Shown: positions 48,411-59,899 of the stretch, one piece after another
Numbering within the stretch: the first letter of the stretch is position 1
Layout: each line of letters starts with the position of its first letter
NCBI GenBank assembly: GCA_964615975.1
Contig: CAZTTH010000008.1
Location: 13,814-77,813 of the forward strand
Direction: 5' to 3'
DNA from: an uncultured Lentisphaerales bacterium
GTDB lineage: Bacteria > Verrucomicrobiota > Lentisphaeria > JABSQK01 > JAJFLO01
DNA length: 64,000 bases
The notes under the pieces: generated by a model
Told to the model about the DNA's origin: nothing
The model's database searches: none
What the model saw: the letters and a program-made list of their open reading frames with translations, nothing else
Position numbers and translations under genes: made by a program

Positions 48411-50540
48411 TTATTTGGTGAGTGATTTTCTCTCCTCAAGATTGACAACAAGGGTTTTGGATAAATGCGTTGTCGCGGCCGCGGCAGGTTTGATGATCGA
48501 GGTGGTTTTGCTTTGAAATCGCTTCCACCATTGGCTGGCATCATCTTCACTCCAGGGAGTATTTAATTGCAGTCGTTCCAATTCGACCATCAACTCTTTC
48601 ACATTCGCAAATCTCATTTCTGGTTGCTTTTGCAGGCATTTCATAATCACGTTTTCCAGATCCTGGTCAAAGTGCTTCTTAAATCGTTGCGATGGGGGTA
48701 CCGGCGGAGTTGCGATGTGATGGCGGCAAATATCGACGACAGTCTTGGCGGTGAACACCTCCTGTCCGGTTACCAGCAGATAAGCGGTAGCGCCGAGGGA
48801 ATAGATATCGCTCCGGGGATCGATATTCTCGGGATTGAGGATGGTTTCCGGCGCCAGATATTGCGGGGTGCCGCTGATGATATCCAAGTCTCTTGATGAA
48901 TTACCGTTGTCATCCGATGTCGTCATGTTTTCCATCAGACCAAAGTCGAGAACCTTGATAAAATCGTAAATATTTCCACGTTTACCGATAATAATATTCG
49001 AGGGCTTGATATCGCGATGAACCAGTCCGATTTCATGTGCTTCGGACAGGGAGCCGCAGACTTGTTTGATCATATGAATAACCCGGCCGGGTGGCTGGGC
49101 GCCGTCGATTTGTACCAAGTCTTTCAGATTAACGCCATCCAGATATTCCATCGCGTAATAAAAAATTCCATCCGGAGTATGGCCGTAATCATAGATTTGA
49201 ATCGTGTTGGGATGAACCAGCCGGCTGGTTAGCTGAACCTCCTCTTCGAATCGCTTTATCATGGTCTGGGCGGCATTTCCGGGCAATAGCAGTTTTACCG
49301 CGGTGGGGCGACGCATGAATGCGTGTCGCGCCCGATAAACCGGTCCCATGCCGCCTTCACCAATTTTATATTCGAGTGTGTATTGCCCCAGTTGCCGGGT
49401 TTCCATTTCCGCGGCGTGAATTCTTCGTTGCAGCCTGGATGCCACAATTGAACATATCAGTGTGATACCGGTATAGGATGCCAGCAATCCAAATAATACG
49501 CAAAACAGTCGGCGCATGGTTTTCAATGATTGATAGGCTTCAGCGTACGCGGTTTCGGTGGCGACACCAAAGTCATAGTCATAGAGCCAGGTCCAGGCGC
49601 CGATTACCGGTACCCCCAGATAATTTCGATAACCGTCCACATTTATTCCGGAGTGACCGGACACCGCGCTGGCAGCCATTTCGGTCAATGGCAGATGAGA
49701 TCGCGGGCGGGCCGTTTTATATCCGCTTGTCACAGCGCTGCCGGGGTCGCGCAAATCCAGGTTGAGGACTGAGCTTGATTCGGTCATATCCATAAGCAAA
49801 TCAGCCCTTTTCAATTCGTCAATAAAGCGGCTTTCCGAAATCATTATTCCTTGCTTGTCGAAGGCGTAGGTTTCGCCGGATTCACCGGAACGGGCAACCG
49901 AGAGAATTCTGGTAAATTCGCTTTCCGGATGGAAGTGAAGTCCTAACACCGCGACAATTTGGCCCGCAGTGTCTTTTATTGGCGTTCCGACCACCATCGA
50001 CTTGGATTTTCCCGAGTCTGAGTGAGGAAAACGAGGTATAAACGGAGTGCTTACCAGGGTTCGACCTTCATTGAGAATGGGTTGAATACGATGCAATGCA
50101 ATTTCATCTAATTCTTGACCGATGACAAAGTCATTGCTGGCGGCAATAAAACCCCCATTTCTGCCGATGATGCTAAAACTAAAATACTCCATCCGCATCA
50201 ATTTGGGACTTAGGTAATCACGCAGTTGCTGGAGAGCTGTGTTTTGGATCAGGTGTTTATGATCCTTGCGTCCGGTATTTTGTAGCAATTGCGCGACCAA
50301 CTCGCGAACCAGAGGTTCATAGGCAATCGACTCGGCATTACGTTCCTGGCCTTGGTTCCAGATACGCAGTGCTTTGACATTGGCCCTTAATACATCATTT
50401 AGGTCCTTGGTGAGGATTTCCTGGGTTGCCTGTTTCATCAGATTGTCTGCCCGCCATCCAATTAAAATAATTGAGAGGCCGACAATGCTTGGAATCAGTA
50501 ATGACTCGATGCCCGTTAAAAAATGAAATTTTTTTATCAT
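48411..50540 (-). CDS. Ser/Thr protein kinase with an N-terminal TM + Cache-like extracytoplasmic sensor
   Basis: Kinase motifs GEGGMGPVYRA, HRDIKPSNIII, DFGL and GTPQYLAPE lie in the C-terminal half. The N-terminal ~340 aa are flanked by two TM segments. Confidence 0.85.
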   Translation of the reverse strand: MIKKFHFLTGIESLLIPSIVGLSIILIGWRADNLMKQATQEILTKDLNDVLRANVKALRIWNQGQERNAESIAYEPLVRELVAQLLQNTGRKDHKHLIQNTALQQLRDYLSPKLMRMEYFSFSIIGRNGGFIAASNDFVIGQELDEIALHRIQPILNEGRTLVSTPFIPRFPHSDSGKSKSMVVGTPIKDTAGQIVAVLGLHFHPESEFTRILSVARSGESGETYAFDKQGIMISESRFIDELKRADLLMDMTESSSVLNLDLRDPGSAVTSGYKTARPRSHLPLTEMAASAVSGHSGINVDGYRNYLGVPVIGAWTWLYDYDFGVATETAYAEAYQSLKTMRRLFCVLFGLLASYTGITLICSIVASRLQRRIHAAEMETRQLGQYTLEYKIGEGGMGPVYRARHAFMRRPTAVKLLLPGNAAQTMIKRFEEEVQLTSRLVHPNTIQIYDYGHTPDGIFYYAMEYLDGVNLKDLVQIDGAQPPGRVIHMIKQVCGSLSEAHEIGLVHRDIKPSNIIIGKRGNIYDFIKVLDFGLMENMTTSDDNGNSSRDLDIISGTPQYLAPETILNPENIDPRSDIYSLGATAYLLVTGQEVFTAKTVVDICRHHIATPPVPPSQRFKKHFDQDLENVIMKCLQKQPEMRFANVKELMVELERLQLNTPWSEDDASQWWKRFQSKTTSIIKPAAAATTHLSKTLVVNLEERKSLTK

Positions 50541-50826
50541 AACACAGATTAATCAATTAAATTTTCTCTACTGACAGTACTATATAACCTTGTGGTGATG
50601 GAAGTTACTGGGCTGGATGCCACGCAATACAAAAATGGACAAGCACGATAGTATTATTAATGTCATTATGGCCATGTCAAGATTAGTTATGATCGACCTG
50701 GTGTCCACGGTAGCGAGAGCAGCAGATTGGCACTACGATATGAGATTAATTGAATCCTCGCGATCCTGCAGGTATGATGTCGGTCGCAAGCCAATGAAAA
50801 AAACTTCATTATCACCAATATAAATC

Positions 50827-51576
50827 GTGTTGACTGAATCACACATACAACATAACCCATTTCAAATTACCATTGATGGTCCAGCTGCATCCGGGAAAAG
50901 CACTGCCGCCAGGATACTGGCAGGGAAGCTTGGCGTTTATTATATCAATACCGGTGAAATGTATCGGGCGGTTACCTGGTTCATTTTGCAGGCGGGAATC
51001 GATCCGGGTCATTCGCCGTCTCAAGTCATTGAACTATTGTCTCAACTCAATTTAAGTTTTCGCGTTAACACCAGTGGTAACGCAAGGGAAAATGGAATAC
51101 AACTCTACTTCAACGATCAACCTGTGGACATTCAAGCGATTCGTGATCCGGATGTGACGCGTTACGTCAGTCAGCTCGCTGCCATTTCTGAAGTTCGAGA
51201 GCGGCTGGTGAGCTATCAACGACAGGCAGCGCAATTGGGGACGATAGTCATGGAGGGACGGGATATTGGAACCGTGGTGTTTCCCGAGGCCAGGGTAAAA
51301 TTTTTTGTCACCGCCAGTCCGGAGGTTCGCGCGCGGCGCCGACTGGCACAATCCGGAGAAGTGAAGGAGGGCGCTACCCTGCAATCGGTTATTGATGATA
51401 TTACCCGTCGCGACCATCTTGATTGTACCCGTGCCATCGCTCCCTTGTGTCCGGCCGCGGATGCAGTGATCATCGATACGTCACAGCTTTCGCTGGCGAA
51501 AACCGTTGATGCGATGATTGCGCATCTCACCGATATAGGGATCTATGAGGATCGGTGTATTGCTCAGGATGAGTGA
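50827..51576 (+). CDS. cmk: (d)CMP kinase
   Basis: ITIDGPAASGKST P-loop, and GRDIGTVVFP...KFFVTASPEVRARRR. Confidence 0.85.
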   Translation: MLTESHIQHNPFQITIDGPAASGKSTAARILAGKLGVYYINTGEMYRAVTWFILQAGIDPGHSPSQVIELLSQLNLSFRVNTSGNARENGIQLYFNDQPVDIQAIRDPDVTRYVSQLAAISEVRERLVSYQRQAAQLGTIVMEGRDIGTVVFPEARVKFFVTASPEVRARRRLAQSGEVKEGATLQSVIDDITRRDHLDCTRAIAPLCPAADAVIIDTSQLSLAKTVDAMIAHLTDIGIYEDRCIAQDE

Positions 51577-52357
51577 AAAAGATTTTACTTTTCCAATTGC
51601 TTTGGAGACAGTCAATTTTTATAGTACCCAAGTCTACGGACGATGTGGGTGTTCATTATGAAAATAGCAATTGGGAAATATGGTGTAATTGGATCGTGAG
51701 TTATTCATGTATAGTTGTAATCGGTAATAAGGTATTAATGGGTATAATGGGAATAATTATGCTCTCTTTGGAATCGATTCAAATGTTGGTATTGAGGATG
51801 AGAAGGAGTATGGATTGCATAACTGAATGTGTTTTTAGGGCATTCATGCCTTTAAAGCGTTTGGTTTTTGAATTTCACAACGGATACAATTGTGTCTGCG
51901 ATATTGTGAATAATTGGCTTCGGTTGTTGTTGCTTCCACTTTATCAGGATGGGGGTAGAAATGCAGACTCCGAGTGGGCGGCGAAACCAGCTTTCGCCCA
52001 AAATGCTCACTTAGTGAAGTCCACCGTCTGTATTATCCCAATGGAGCAAAAATTTTGTTCCTGGGATGAAGGGTATTGGCAGCAACTGCAGCTTTGTCCA
52101 ATCGGTCATCCACGGTTATTTCCGGGGTAAATTGCCCCCTCTTAATCACCGCCACTTCTGCCAACTTTGTCTTCAACACGATCTTGCCTGTTGTTATTCT
52201 CCCAATCGGGTCATTAATAGTCCAACCTTCTCATCGTTCTTAAATGAATTGATTCATCGTCGTGATGACGAATGAAGAGGTAAGGATAATAAAATCGACA
52301 ACCCCTTCGGGGTATCCGTTAATCGATTATCCAAAGTATTTGGGAGGATGAATTAAC

Positions 52358-53698
52358 ATGCTGTTTTCCGCTGACTTTGGTAAGAATCCACCGCCAAATT
52401 CGCGGGTGGAGCAACCGCTTGCCGCGCGTTTGCGGCCCAGAACCTTTAGTGAGTTTGTCGGCCAGGAGCATCTTCTTGGGGCAGGCAAACCTTTGCGTGT
52501 TGCAATTGATAATAATACTCTGTCTTCGCTCATCCTTTTCGGGCCTCCGGGAGTGGGAAAAACCACCATCGCGGCGCTGATCACAGCAACTGCCGCTGCC
52601 CGGTTCGAACGCTTGAGTGCTGTCGTTGCGACGGTATCAGATATCCGCCGGTGCATTGAAAACGCGGCCCGGGAATGGCAGTCAGGCACGGGCAGGCGAA
52701 CCTATTTATTTATCGATGAAATCCATCGCTTCAATAAGGCGCAACAGGATGTGCTTCTGCCGGATGTCGAAAATGGCACCATTCGTTTAATCGGCGCCAC
52801 CACAGAAAATCCTTTTTTCCATGTCATCGGCCCTTTGCTTTCGCGTTCTCAAGTATACCAGCTCCACCCCTTAATGACGGCGGATATCCTTTCCATTCTC
52901 GATCAGGCCTGCCAGGACGAACGCGGATTTCCGGGATGGCAAATTCATCTGCTGCCGGAGGCGGCACAATTCATCGCCGAATCATGCGAAGGCGATGCCC
53001 GCAAGGCATTGAATATTTTGGAAGTTGTGGTGACGGCAGCAACCCAAGATAATTCCACGGCGGCCCAGTCACTGACAATCTCCCTGAAACAAGTGGAAAA
53101 CGCGTTGCAAACCAAAGCGATCGACTATGGAGCTGATGGCCATTATGATACCATCAGCGCGTTTATTAAAAGCATGCGCGGCAGTGATCCCAATGCTGCC
53201 ATTTATTGGCTGGCAAAAATGTTGTATGCCGGAGAGGATTTGCGGTTTATTGCCCGTCGAATCATTATTTTTGCGGCTGAAGATGTGGGCAATGCCGATC
53301 CGCGGGCACTGGTGCTGGCGGTCAATGCCTTGCAGGCAGTGCAGGCAATTGGCATGCCGGAGGCTCGCATCATCCTTGCTCAAGCAGTCACGTTTTGTGC
53401 CACGTGTCCTAAAAGTAATGCGTCCTACCTTGCCATTAACCGCGCCATGCACGATGTCGAGCACCATCCGGTTGCCTCGGTGCCGGTTCATTTGCGTGAT
53501 GCTCATTATGCCGGAGCGAAACGGTTGGAACACGGTAAGGGGTATCAATATCCCCATGATTATCCCGGACACTTCATTGCACAGGAATATCTCCCTGAAC
53601 CGCGAATTTATTATGAACCAGCCGATAGTGGGTATGAAACGCGGATCAAGGAACGGATGCGGGATTGGAATGAACAAAGGAAAAATACGACCGCATGA
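52358..53698 (+). CDS. rarA: replication-associated recombination protein A
   Basis: [36 protein letters not shown], and the MgsA C-terminal [26 protein letters not shown]. Confidence 0.9.
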   Translation: MLFSADFGKNPPPNSRVEQPLAARLRPRTFSEFVGQEHLLGAGKPLRVAIDNNTLSSLILFGPPGVGKTTIAALITATAAARFERLSAVVATVSDIRRCIENAAREWQSGTGRRTYLFIDEIHRFNKAQQDVLLPDVENGTIRLIGATTENPFFHVIGPLLSRSQVYQLHPLMTADILSILDQACQDERGFPGWQIHLLPEAAQFIAESCEGDARKALNILEVVVTAATQDNSTAAQSLTISLKQVENALQTKAIDYGADGHYDTISAFIKSMRGSDPNAAIYWLAKMLYAGEDLRFIARRIIIFAAEDVGNADPRALVLAVNALQAVQAIGMPEARIILAQAVTFCATCPKSNASYLAINRAMHDVEHHPVASVPVHLRDAHYAGAKRLEHGKGYQYPHDYPGHFIAQEYLPEPRIYYEPADSGYETRIKERMRDWNEQRKNTTA

Positions 53699-54342
53699 AT
53701 CAATCATTGAGATTAAAAAAGAAGCGTCAACGTGACGCGCTTCTGAAGCGGCGGCAAGCCATGGCAGAAGGTGAATCAAAGATAGCTGGTGAACGAGTTA
53801 CCCGCCTTTTGCTCGATGTGCCGTGGGTGCGGAAGATACGCCATATTGTTGCTTACGCGGCAGTGGGCAATGAAATTTCACTGGATCATTTTGTGGCGCT
53901 AATGGGCGATCTGGGCGCGCAAATTTTTTATCCTCGTTACAATAAGGACCGCGATCAATATGATGTGGCATTTGTGGATCAACCTGAAACTGATTTCATT
54001 TCCGGTCCACATGGGATTCGCGAACCTCGGCCTGAGGCTCCGGGAATTCAGGTCAAGGAGATCGCCAATCGGATTCTCTGGCTTGTTCCCGGTGTCGCGT
54101 TTGATCGAACTGGCGGGCGCTTGGGGCGGGGTTACGGTCATTACGACCGGATGCTGCAGGGTACGGAAGGAATAAGGATAGGAATTGGTTACGATTGGCA
54201 GATCATAGATAAGGTTGCCATTGGCTCGGAAGACATTCTGATGCAGTATGTGGTTACGGATCGTCAGTGGGTCGAATGTCGCAATCAAACCAAGACTAGA
54301 AATTTAATCAGGAGTGGAGATCGACAGCAACAACCGATTTAG
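53695..54342 (+). CDS. 5-formyltetrahydrofolate cyclo-ligase
   Basis: GIREP...LVPGVAFDRTGGRLGRGYGHYDR is characteristic of the MTHFS family. Confidence 0.8.
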   Translation: MNQSLRLKKKRQRDALLKRRQAMAEGESKIAGERVTRLLLDVPWVRKIRHIVAYAAVGNEISLDHFVALMGDLGAQIFYPRYNKDRDQYDVAFVDQPETDFISGPHGIREPRPEAPGIQVKEIANRILWLVPGVAFDRTGGRLGRGYGHYDRMLQGTEGIRIGIGYDWQIIDKVAIGSEDILMQYVVTDRQWVECRNQTKTRNLIRSGDRQQQPI

Positions 54343-54446
54343 GCATAATTATCGCGGATGCGAATGCCATGGGTACATGCGGAACTCCATCCCTCTGATG
54401 GAATACAAGGACAATTAACAATTGATACAATGAAGGAGAAATAGTT

Positions 54447-56009
54447 ATGGCATTAGTATTTGCACTAATATTGGCGATCGTCGGAGCCGTTATCGGAGCA
54501 GGAGTTGGGTATATCATGGCGCAAAAAGCCAGTCAGAACGCCCGAAAAACCATCGATGAACTGGTCCTTGAAATGAAGAACAATGCGACGCTGGAGGCCG
54601 AACAGATTATTAAGGAAGCCAAATTAAAGGCCAAGGAAGAAGCGATTAAAATGCGGGAGGATTTTGAACAGTCTACCCGGGATCGAAAACTGGAACTGCA
54701 TGAAGTAGAAAGACGTTACAAGGAGCGTGAAACAACCATCGATAAAAAAATGGACATTGTCCAGAATCGGCTCGATGAAGTCATGCGTCGAGAAAAGGAA
54801 ATTGATGAAATCGAGAAACGGTTTAAATCCCGACAACATGAACTCGATGAAATAAGCAAAAAACAAATTGTTCAACTGGAAGGGATCGCCATGCTTACTC
54901 GTGATCAGGCCCGGGTGCAAATCATGCAAAAGTTGGAGCAGGACCTGGTCAATGATCGGGGCGTATTGATTCGTCGGCATTTGGATGAACTCAAGCAAAA
55001 ATGCAAAAAAGAATCCCAGGTGCTGATGATCCAGGCAATGCAAAAATTTGCCAGTGAATGTGCCAATGAGCGCACCACCGCTACGGTCGCCCTGCCCTCA
55101 GATGAAATGAAAGGCCGGATTATTGGCCGCGATGGCCGGAATATTCGTGTCTTTGAAGCTGAAACCGGGGTGAATGTGCTCATCGATGATACCCCATCAG
55201 CGGTAGTTTTGACCTGTTTTGAGCCAACCCGCTTGGAAATCGCCCGCCTGGCAATGGAGAAATTGGTGGAAGATGGTCGGATTCATCCGACTCGGGTAGA
55301 AGAAGTTGTGAATTGGGCAAAAACTGAAGTTGAAAGTGAATTGGTGCGCGCGGCGGAAGAAGCGATACATGAATTGCGCATCGGTCATGTCAATCCCCAG
55401 GTCATATCCGTATTGGGTAAACTAAAGTTTCGTTATAGTTATTCGCAAAATGTACTTAAGCATTCGATTGAAGTGGCTAAATTTATGTCGATCATCGCCG
55501 CTGAGCTCGGTCTGAATGTGGAGAAAGCCAAACGCATGGGGTTGTTTCATGATATCGGTAAGGCCTTGGATGATGAGATCGAGGGGCCCCATGCGATGAT
55601 AGGCAGAGAATTTCTCAAGCGTGCCGGTGAAGATTCGGAAGTCGTTAATGGCGTTGGTTGCCATCATGGCGATATTCCTGCGGAAACCCCGCTGGCTTCT
55701 CTGGTGAGTGTCTGTGATGCCATGAGTGCCAGCCGGCCAGGTGCCCGCTCTGAAACCAATGAAGTGTATATTAAAAGACTGGAGCAACTCGAACAAATTG
55801 GCAAAAGCTTCAATGGCATTGAATCCTGCTACGCGGTTCAGGCAGGCCGGGAATTGCGGGTGATCGTCGAACCCGCAAAAATGAGTGAAGGCGAAGCGCA
55901 TTCACTGTCTCGCGATATTTGCCTAAAGATTGAGTCGGAAATGCAGTATCCAGGGCAGATAAAAGTATGCGTTATTCGTGAAACCCGCGCCATTGTCTAT
56001 GCGCGTTAA
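54447..56009 (+). CDS. rny: ribonuclease Y
   Basis: N-terminal TM, a long coiled coil, a KH domain (GRIIGRDGRNIR) and an HD domain (HSIEVAKF...HDIGK). Confidence 0.9.
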   Translation: MALVFALILAIVGAVIGAGVGYIMAQKASQNARKTIDELVLEMKNNATLEAEQIIKEAKLKAKEEAIKMREDFEQSTRDRKLELHEVERRYKERETTIDKKMDIVQNRLDEVMRREKEIDEIEKRFKSRQHELDEISKKQIVQLEGIAMLTRDQARVQIMQKLEQDLVNDRGVLIRRHLDELKQKCKKESQVLMIQAMQKFASECANERTTATVALPSDEMKGRIIGRDGRNIRVFEAETGVNVLIDDTPSAVVLTCFEPTRLEIARLAMEKLVEDGRIHPTRVEEVVNWAKTEVESELVRAAEEAIHELRIGHVNPQVISVLGKLKFRYSYSQNVLKHSIEVAKFMSIIAAELGLNVEKAKRMGLFHDIGKALDDEIEGPHAMIGREFLKRAGEDSEVVNGVGCHHGDIPAETPLASLVSVCDAMSASRPGARSETNEVYIKRLEQLEQIGKSFNGIESCYAVQAGRELRVIVEPAKMSEGEAHSLSRDICLKIESEMQYPGQIKVCVIRETRAIVYAR

Positions 56010-56224
56010 CCGGTGCTGAAATGGGCTCTCTGTGCCGATGCTGTATGATGACGCGCGCAAGCAGCTTTGGAATTGATATTTCGCTGTTACCTGATTGTCA
56101 CCTGTCTTCCAGCATCGTTGACTCGACGATGATTCAGAGCAAGAAAGACAATGATTTTATGGGATCACAACCTTCACCTTGGAGTTGTAACCATTCAAAG
56201 CCGAATAATTGTAAGGAATAACTG

Positions 56225-56764
56225 ATGTTAATACTATCTATTTTCCTGGTCTTGACACTGTCTACGCTGGTAGCGATGAAATTACTGAATTTTCCCCTGA
56301 ATTTATTGCCCCCGCACTCATCTCCGCCACGATCTGTCATGGGCATGATAACATTATGCGGTGTGGGTTTGATCGTTTTCAATGGTCTTCAAGTCGAACA
56401 TGGCATGTTACAGAAGAAATGGCCGACTCTGCCAGGTCGGGTCATCACGGCGGTAGTCTCGGATGATTCGACCTGTGTTCCAGATATTACTTATTCCTAT
56501 GAATCTTTGGGGGTTACCTATACCGGGAGATCAGATTTGCAGGTTCCTTATTTCGGGGGCAAGAGCTCGCGCCGGGAAGTGGCGTATAAAACCATAATGG
56601 AATGCCGTCAACATCCTGTTGTCACCGTCTATGTCAATCCTGAAAACGCCGCAATTTCAACCTTGAAACCCGGTCCGCGTTGGGATCAATTTACGCGGTT
56701 GTCCTTGGGAGCATTGGTATATATGTTAGGGATCGGCGGCCTAATTTCGGTCGGCAAAAATTAA
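56225..56764 (+). CDS. DUF3592-like membrane protein
   Basis: TM, then GRVITAVV...PDITYSYESLGVTYTG, then a C-terminal TM. This pattern fits DUF3592. Confidence 0.55.
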   Translation: MLILSIFLVLTLSTLVAMKLLNFPLNLLPPHSSPPRSVMGMITLCGVGLIVFNGLQVEHGMLQKKWPTLPGRVITAVVSDDSTCVPDITYSYESLGVTYTGRSDLQVPYFGGKSSRREVAYKTIMECRQHPVVTVYVNPENAAISTLKPGPRWDQFTRLSLGALVYMLGIGGLISVGKN

Positions 56765-56940
56765 GTCGAATTCCGTAGTCGGGGTTAGAGATTATTTTCC
56801 ACAAATCGCTAAACCGCAATCCTGTATCGCATTCTCCGCGAGAGTTGTAACGAGCTTAATTGACAGGCCAGAGTAGATCAGGCAGAAAACCTGAATTTCT
56901 CAGAGGCAATCACACTTCTCTCGTCCACTTCCTTCAGGTT

Positions 56941-58851
56941 TTATTCCTCCCCAAATGCCAGCCATGCAGTTGCCGACGCGTCAGATGGCATCCGCCAATC
57001 ACCGCGTGGAGAAAGTCCGATTGTCCCGACCTTGGGCCCATCTGGTAGGCAGCTGCGTTTGTATTGGTTGCTGAAGAAGCGTTTGAGGAATACCGCGAGC
57101 CAACGGTCGATGACTTCGGGTTGATATTGACCGGCAAATGCATGAATGGCTAAAAATCTGATTTTTGCGGGTGACGCTCCGTATTTAAGCAGATGATAGA
57201 GGAAGAAGTCGTGTAATTGGAAGGGGCCAATGATCTTTTCAGTTTCCTGCCCAATGCTTCCGTCTGCTTTGGGCTCGGTTAGTTCCGGTGAGATCGGTGT
57301 ATTCAAAATATCGATTAAAATCTTCATCAGCTCTGTCGAGGAATGATCCGCGACCCATTTGATAATATATTGGACCAATGTTTTGGGTATGCCGCTGTTA
57401 ATTCCGTACATTGACATGTGATCGCCATTATAGGTGGACCAGCCCAGCGCCAACTCCGAGAGATCGCCGGTGCCCACCACCAATCCATGGTTTTGATTGG
57501 CCAGATTCATCAGGATAAGGGTTCGTGTCCTTGCCTGAATGTTTTCAAATGTGGTATCCTGGCATTTGGGATCGTGGTTGATATCCTTATAGTGCTGATT
57601 GCAGGCGTCTCGGATTGAAATTTCACGAAAATTAGTATTCAATGCCAGGCACAGCTTTACCGCTTGTGAGAGGGTTTTGCTGCTGGTTCCAAAGCCCGGC
57701 ATGGTGACCGTGATAATTGAGTCGTTCTCTTTCTTTAATAATTTTGCGGTTTCACAGACTGCCAGTAATGCCAGGGTTGAATCCAATCCGCCGGAAATAC
57801 CAATGATCATCGTATGCGCTTGTGTATGCACCCAGCGTTTAGCCAGGCCTGCGGCTTGAATTTGAAAAATTTCCTGGCATCGTTCATTGCGGGTTTCGCT
57901 TTTACGGGGAATAAAAGGATGGGGATCAAAGACGCGTTGCAGGCGGGTAATCGTGGGCTTCAATGTCAGCGGTATATGACGGTACGATGCCGGTTGGTTT
58001 TGCTTGAAACAGGTTTCGGACAGTCGACTCATCGTCAACCGCTGGCTATCAATATCGCCGCAGAGAAGTTGGTTACTGCGTATGAAGCGCTCATTTTCAG
58101 CCAATAATATGCCGTTTTCCGCGATCAGGCAATGACCGCCAAAGACCAGGTCGGTGGTGGATTCGGTTACGCCGCTTGAAGAATACACATAGGCGCACAC
58201 ACACCGGGCGCTCTGGTGGCGAACCAGTTCGCGGCGATAATCCGCTTTGGCAACCAGTTCATTGCTGGCCGACAGGTTGGCAATAATCGTCGCGCCTGCC
58301 AATGCGTGATGACAACTGGGGGGAATCACATTCCACAGATCTTCGCATATCTCTACGCCCAGGATGGCTTCATGGTTTATGGGAAAAAGCAGATCGACAC
58401 CAAATGGTATTGGCGTGCCAAAAATCTCAATGGTGTCACCGACAAGCTCTTTGCCTGGTTTGAACCACCGCTGTTCGTAATATTCCTTGTAATCAGGCAG
58501 ATAACTTTTGGGTACAATGCCCTGAATTTTCCCTTGATGGATGACGACGGCACAGTTGTATAATCGATCACGATGACGCAAAGGGCAGCCGATTATGGTG
58601 ACAGGAGAGCGTTTCTTACCCAGTGTCGTAAGCAGGGTATTCAATCCTTCAAGGGTTGCCGTCTGCAGTTGATCCTGAAAGAACAGGTCGCCACAAGAGT
58701 AACCGGTCAGGCATAATTCCGGAAATACCACAACCGCCGCTTCTTCAGTTTGAGCTTGGGTTATCAGGCTGAGAATGTTCTTGATATTGGCATCCACATC
58801 AGCAACTGAAATGGTTGGCACGGCGCAACTTAAACGTATAAAACCATGCAT
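56941..58851 (-). CDS. nadE: glutamine-dependent NAD+ synthase (long form)
   Basis: N-terminal CN-hydrolase domain (VVVFPELCLTGY, ICEDLW) plus a synthetase domain (GISGGLDSTLALL). Confidence 0.9.
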   Translation of the reverse strand: MHGFIRLSCAVPTISVADVDANIKNILSLITQAQTEEAAVVVFPELCLTGYSCGDLFFQDQLQTATLEGLNTLLTTLGKKRSPVTIIGCPLRHRDRLYNCAVVIHQGKIQGIVPKSYLPDYKEYYEQRWFKPGKELVGDTIEIFGTPIPFGVDLLFPINHEAILGVEICEDLWNVIPPSCHHALAGATIIANLSASNELVAKADYRRELVRHQSARCVCAYVYSSSGVTESTTDLVFGGHCLIAENGILLAENERFIRSNQLLCGDIDSQRLTMSRLSETCFKQNQPASYRHIPLTLKPTITRLQRVFDPHPFIPRKSETRNERCQEIFQIQAAGLAKRWVHTQAHTMIIGISGGLDSTLALLAVCETAKLLKKENDSIITVTMPGFGTSSKTLSQAVKLCLALNTNFREISIRDACNQHYKDINHDPKCQDTTFENIQARTRTLILMNLANQNHGLVVGTGDLSELALGWSTYNGDHMSMYGINSGIPKTLVQYIIKWVADHSSTELMKILIDILNTPISPELTEPKADGSIGQETEKIIGPFQLHDFFLYHLLKYGASPAKIRFLAIHAFAGQYQPEVIDRWLAVFLKRFFSNQYKRSCLPDGPKVGTIGLSPRGDWRMPSDASATAWLAFGEE

Positions 58852-58882
58852 CGTAACCCCCGTGATTACAGTAGTGAGTTAA

Positions 58883-59899
58883 TTAAAACTGCTGCAGAAA
58901 GCGGACATCGTTTTCATACAACAGCCGGATATCCGGAATCTTGTATCGAATCATTGCCAATCGTTCGACTCCCATGCCGAATGCAAATCCAGTAATATGA
59001 TCGGGATCGTAACCGACCGAGGTAAAAACTGCGGGATCAACCATCCCGGCGCCAGAGATTTCCAACCAGCCGCTTTGCTTGCAGATTGAGCACCCTTCTC
59101 CGCGACAATTGATGCAACTAAAGTCATACTCCAAACTCGGTTCGGTAAATGGGAAAAAATGAGGCCGAAATCTTACTTGGATGTCGGGACCAAACATTTC
59201 ATGGGCAAATCGCAGGAGTGTTCCTTTTAATTCAGCCATTGATACCTGCCGGTTGACATATAACCCTTCGATTTGATGAAAATTCATGCTGTGGGTCGCG
59301 TCGGGAGTGTCACGTCGGTAACAACGACCGGTTGCGATAATGCGCACCGGCGGTTGTTGCTTCTCCATTACCCGGATCTGTACCGGGGAGGTGTGAGTGC
59401 GGAGGAGTCGCCCGTCGGCAAAATAAAAGGTATCCTGCAAATCTCTCGAGGGATGATCGGAAGGGGTGTTGAGGGCATCAAAATTGTGATATTCGTCTTC
59501 GATGTCAGGACCATCGGCCACAATAAATCCCATACGGCGAAAAATGTCGACCGCGTCGTCAATCACATGATTGATGGGATGTTTATATCCAGTTTTACGC
59601 CGGCGTCCCGGAAGAGTCACATCAATAGTTCGGTCAGCTGCTGAAGTATTTTTGATCACAACCAGTCTTCGATCAATCGCTTCCTGGAGTGTTTTCTTGA
59701 CCCCATTGGCTTTTTTACCGGTTTCCGGCCGTTCTTCGGGTGACAATATCCCCAGGCTTTTCATCATCTGTGAAATAGCGCCATTTCTGCCTAAGTATAA
59801 AGCTTTAATGGCTTCGAGTTCCGGTATCGTTTCGACCTGGTCAATTGCTGTCAGGCCATTTTGCAACGCAGAGTCGAGATGTGTCATCAAATCGTTCAT
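58883..59899 (-). CDS. pheS: phenylalanine--tRNA ligase alpha subunit
   Basis: HPINHVIDD, DTFY, RTHTSPVQIR, FHQIEGL and GFAFGMGVERLAM. Confidence 0.92.
   Translation of the reverse strand: MNDLMTHLDSALQNGLTAIDQVETIPELEAIKALYLGRNGAISQMMKSLGILSPEERPETGKKANGVKKTLQEAIDRRLVVIKNTSAADRTIDVTLPGRRRKTGYKHPINHVIDDAVDIFRRMGFIVADGPDIEDEYHNFDALNTPSDHPSRDLQDTFYFADGRLLRTHTSPVQIRVMEKQQPPVRIIATGRCYRRDTPDATHSMNFHQIEGLYVNRQVSMAELKGTLLRFAHEMFGPDIQVRFRPHFFPFTEPSLEYDFSCINCRGEGCSICKQSGWLEISGAGMVDPAVFTSVGYDPDHITGFAFGMGVERLAMIRYKIPDIRLLYENDVRFLQQF

Noticed and set aside
51573-52130. 185-aa plus-strand ORF starting inside the cmk stop region.
   Set aside because: The composition is implausible, very rich in W, C and M. 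There is no ribosome-binding site and no family resemblance. It is treated as non-coding and flagged as an unexplained spacer instead.
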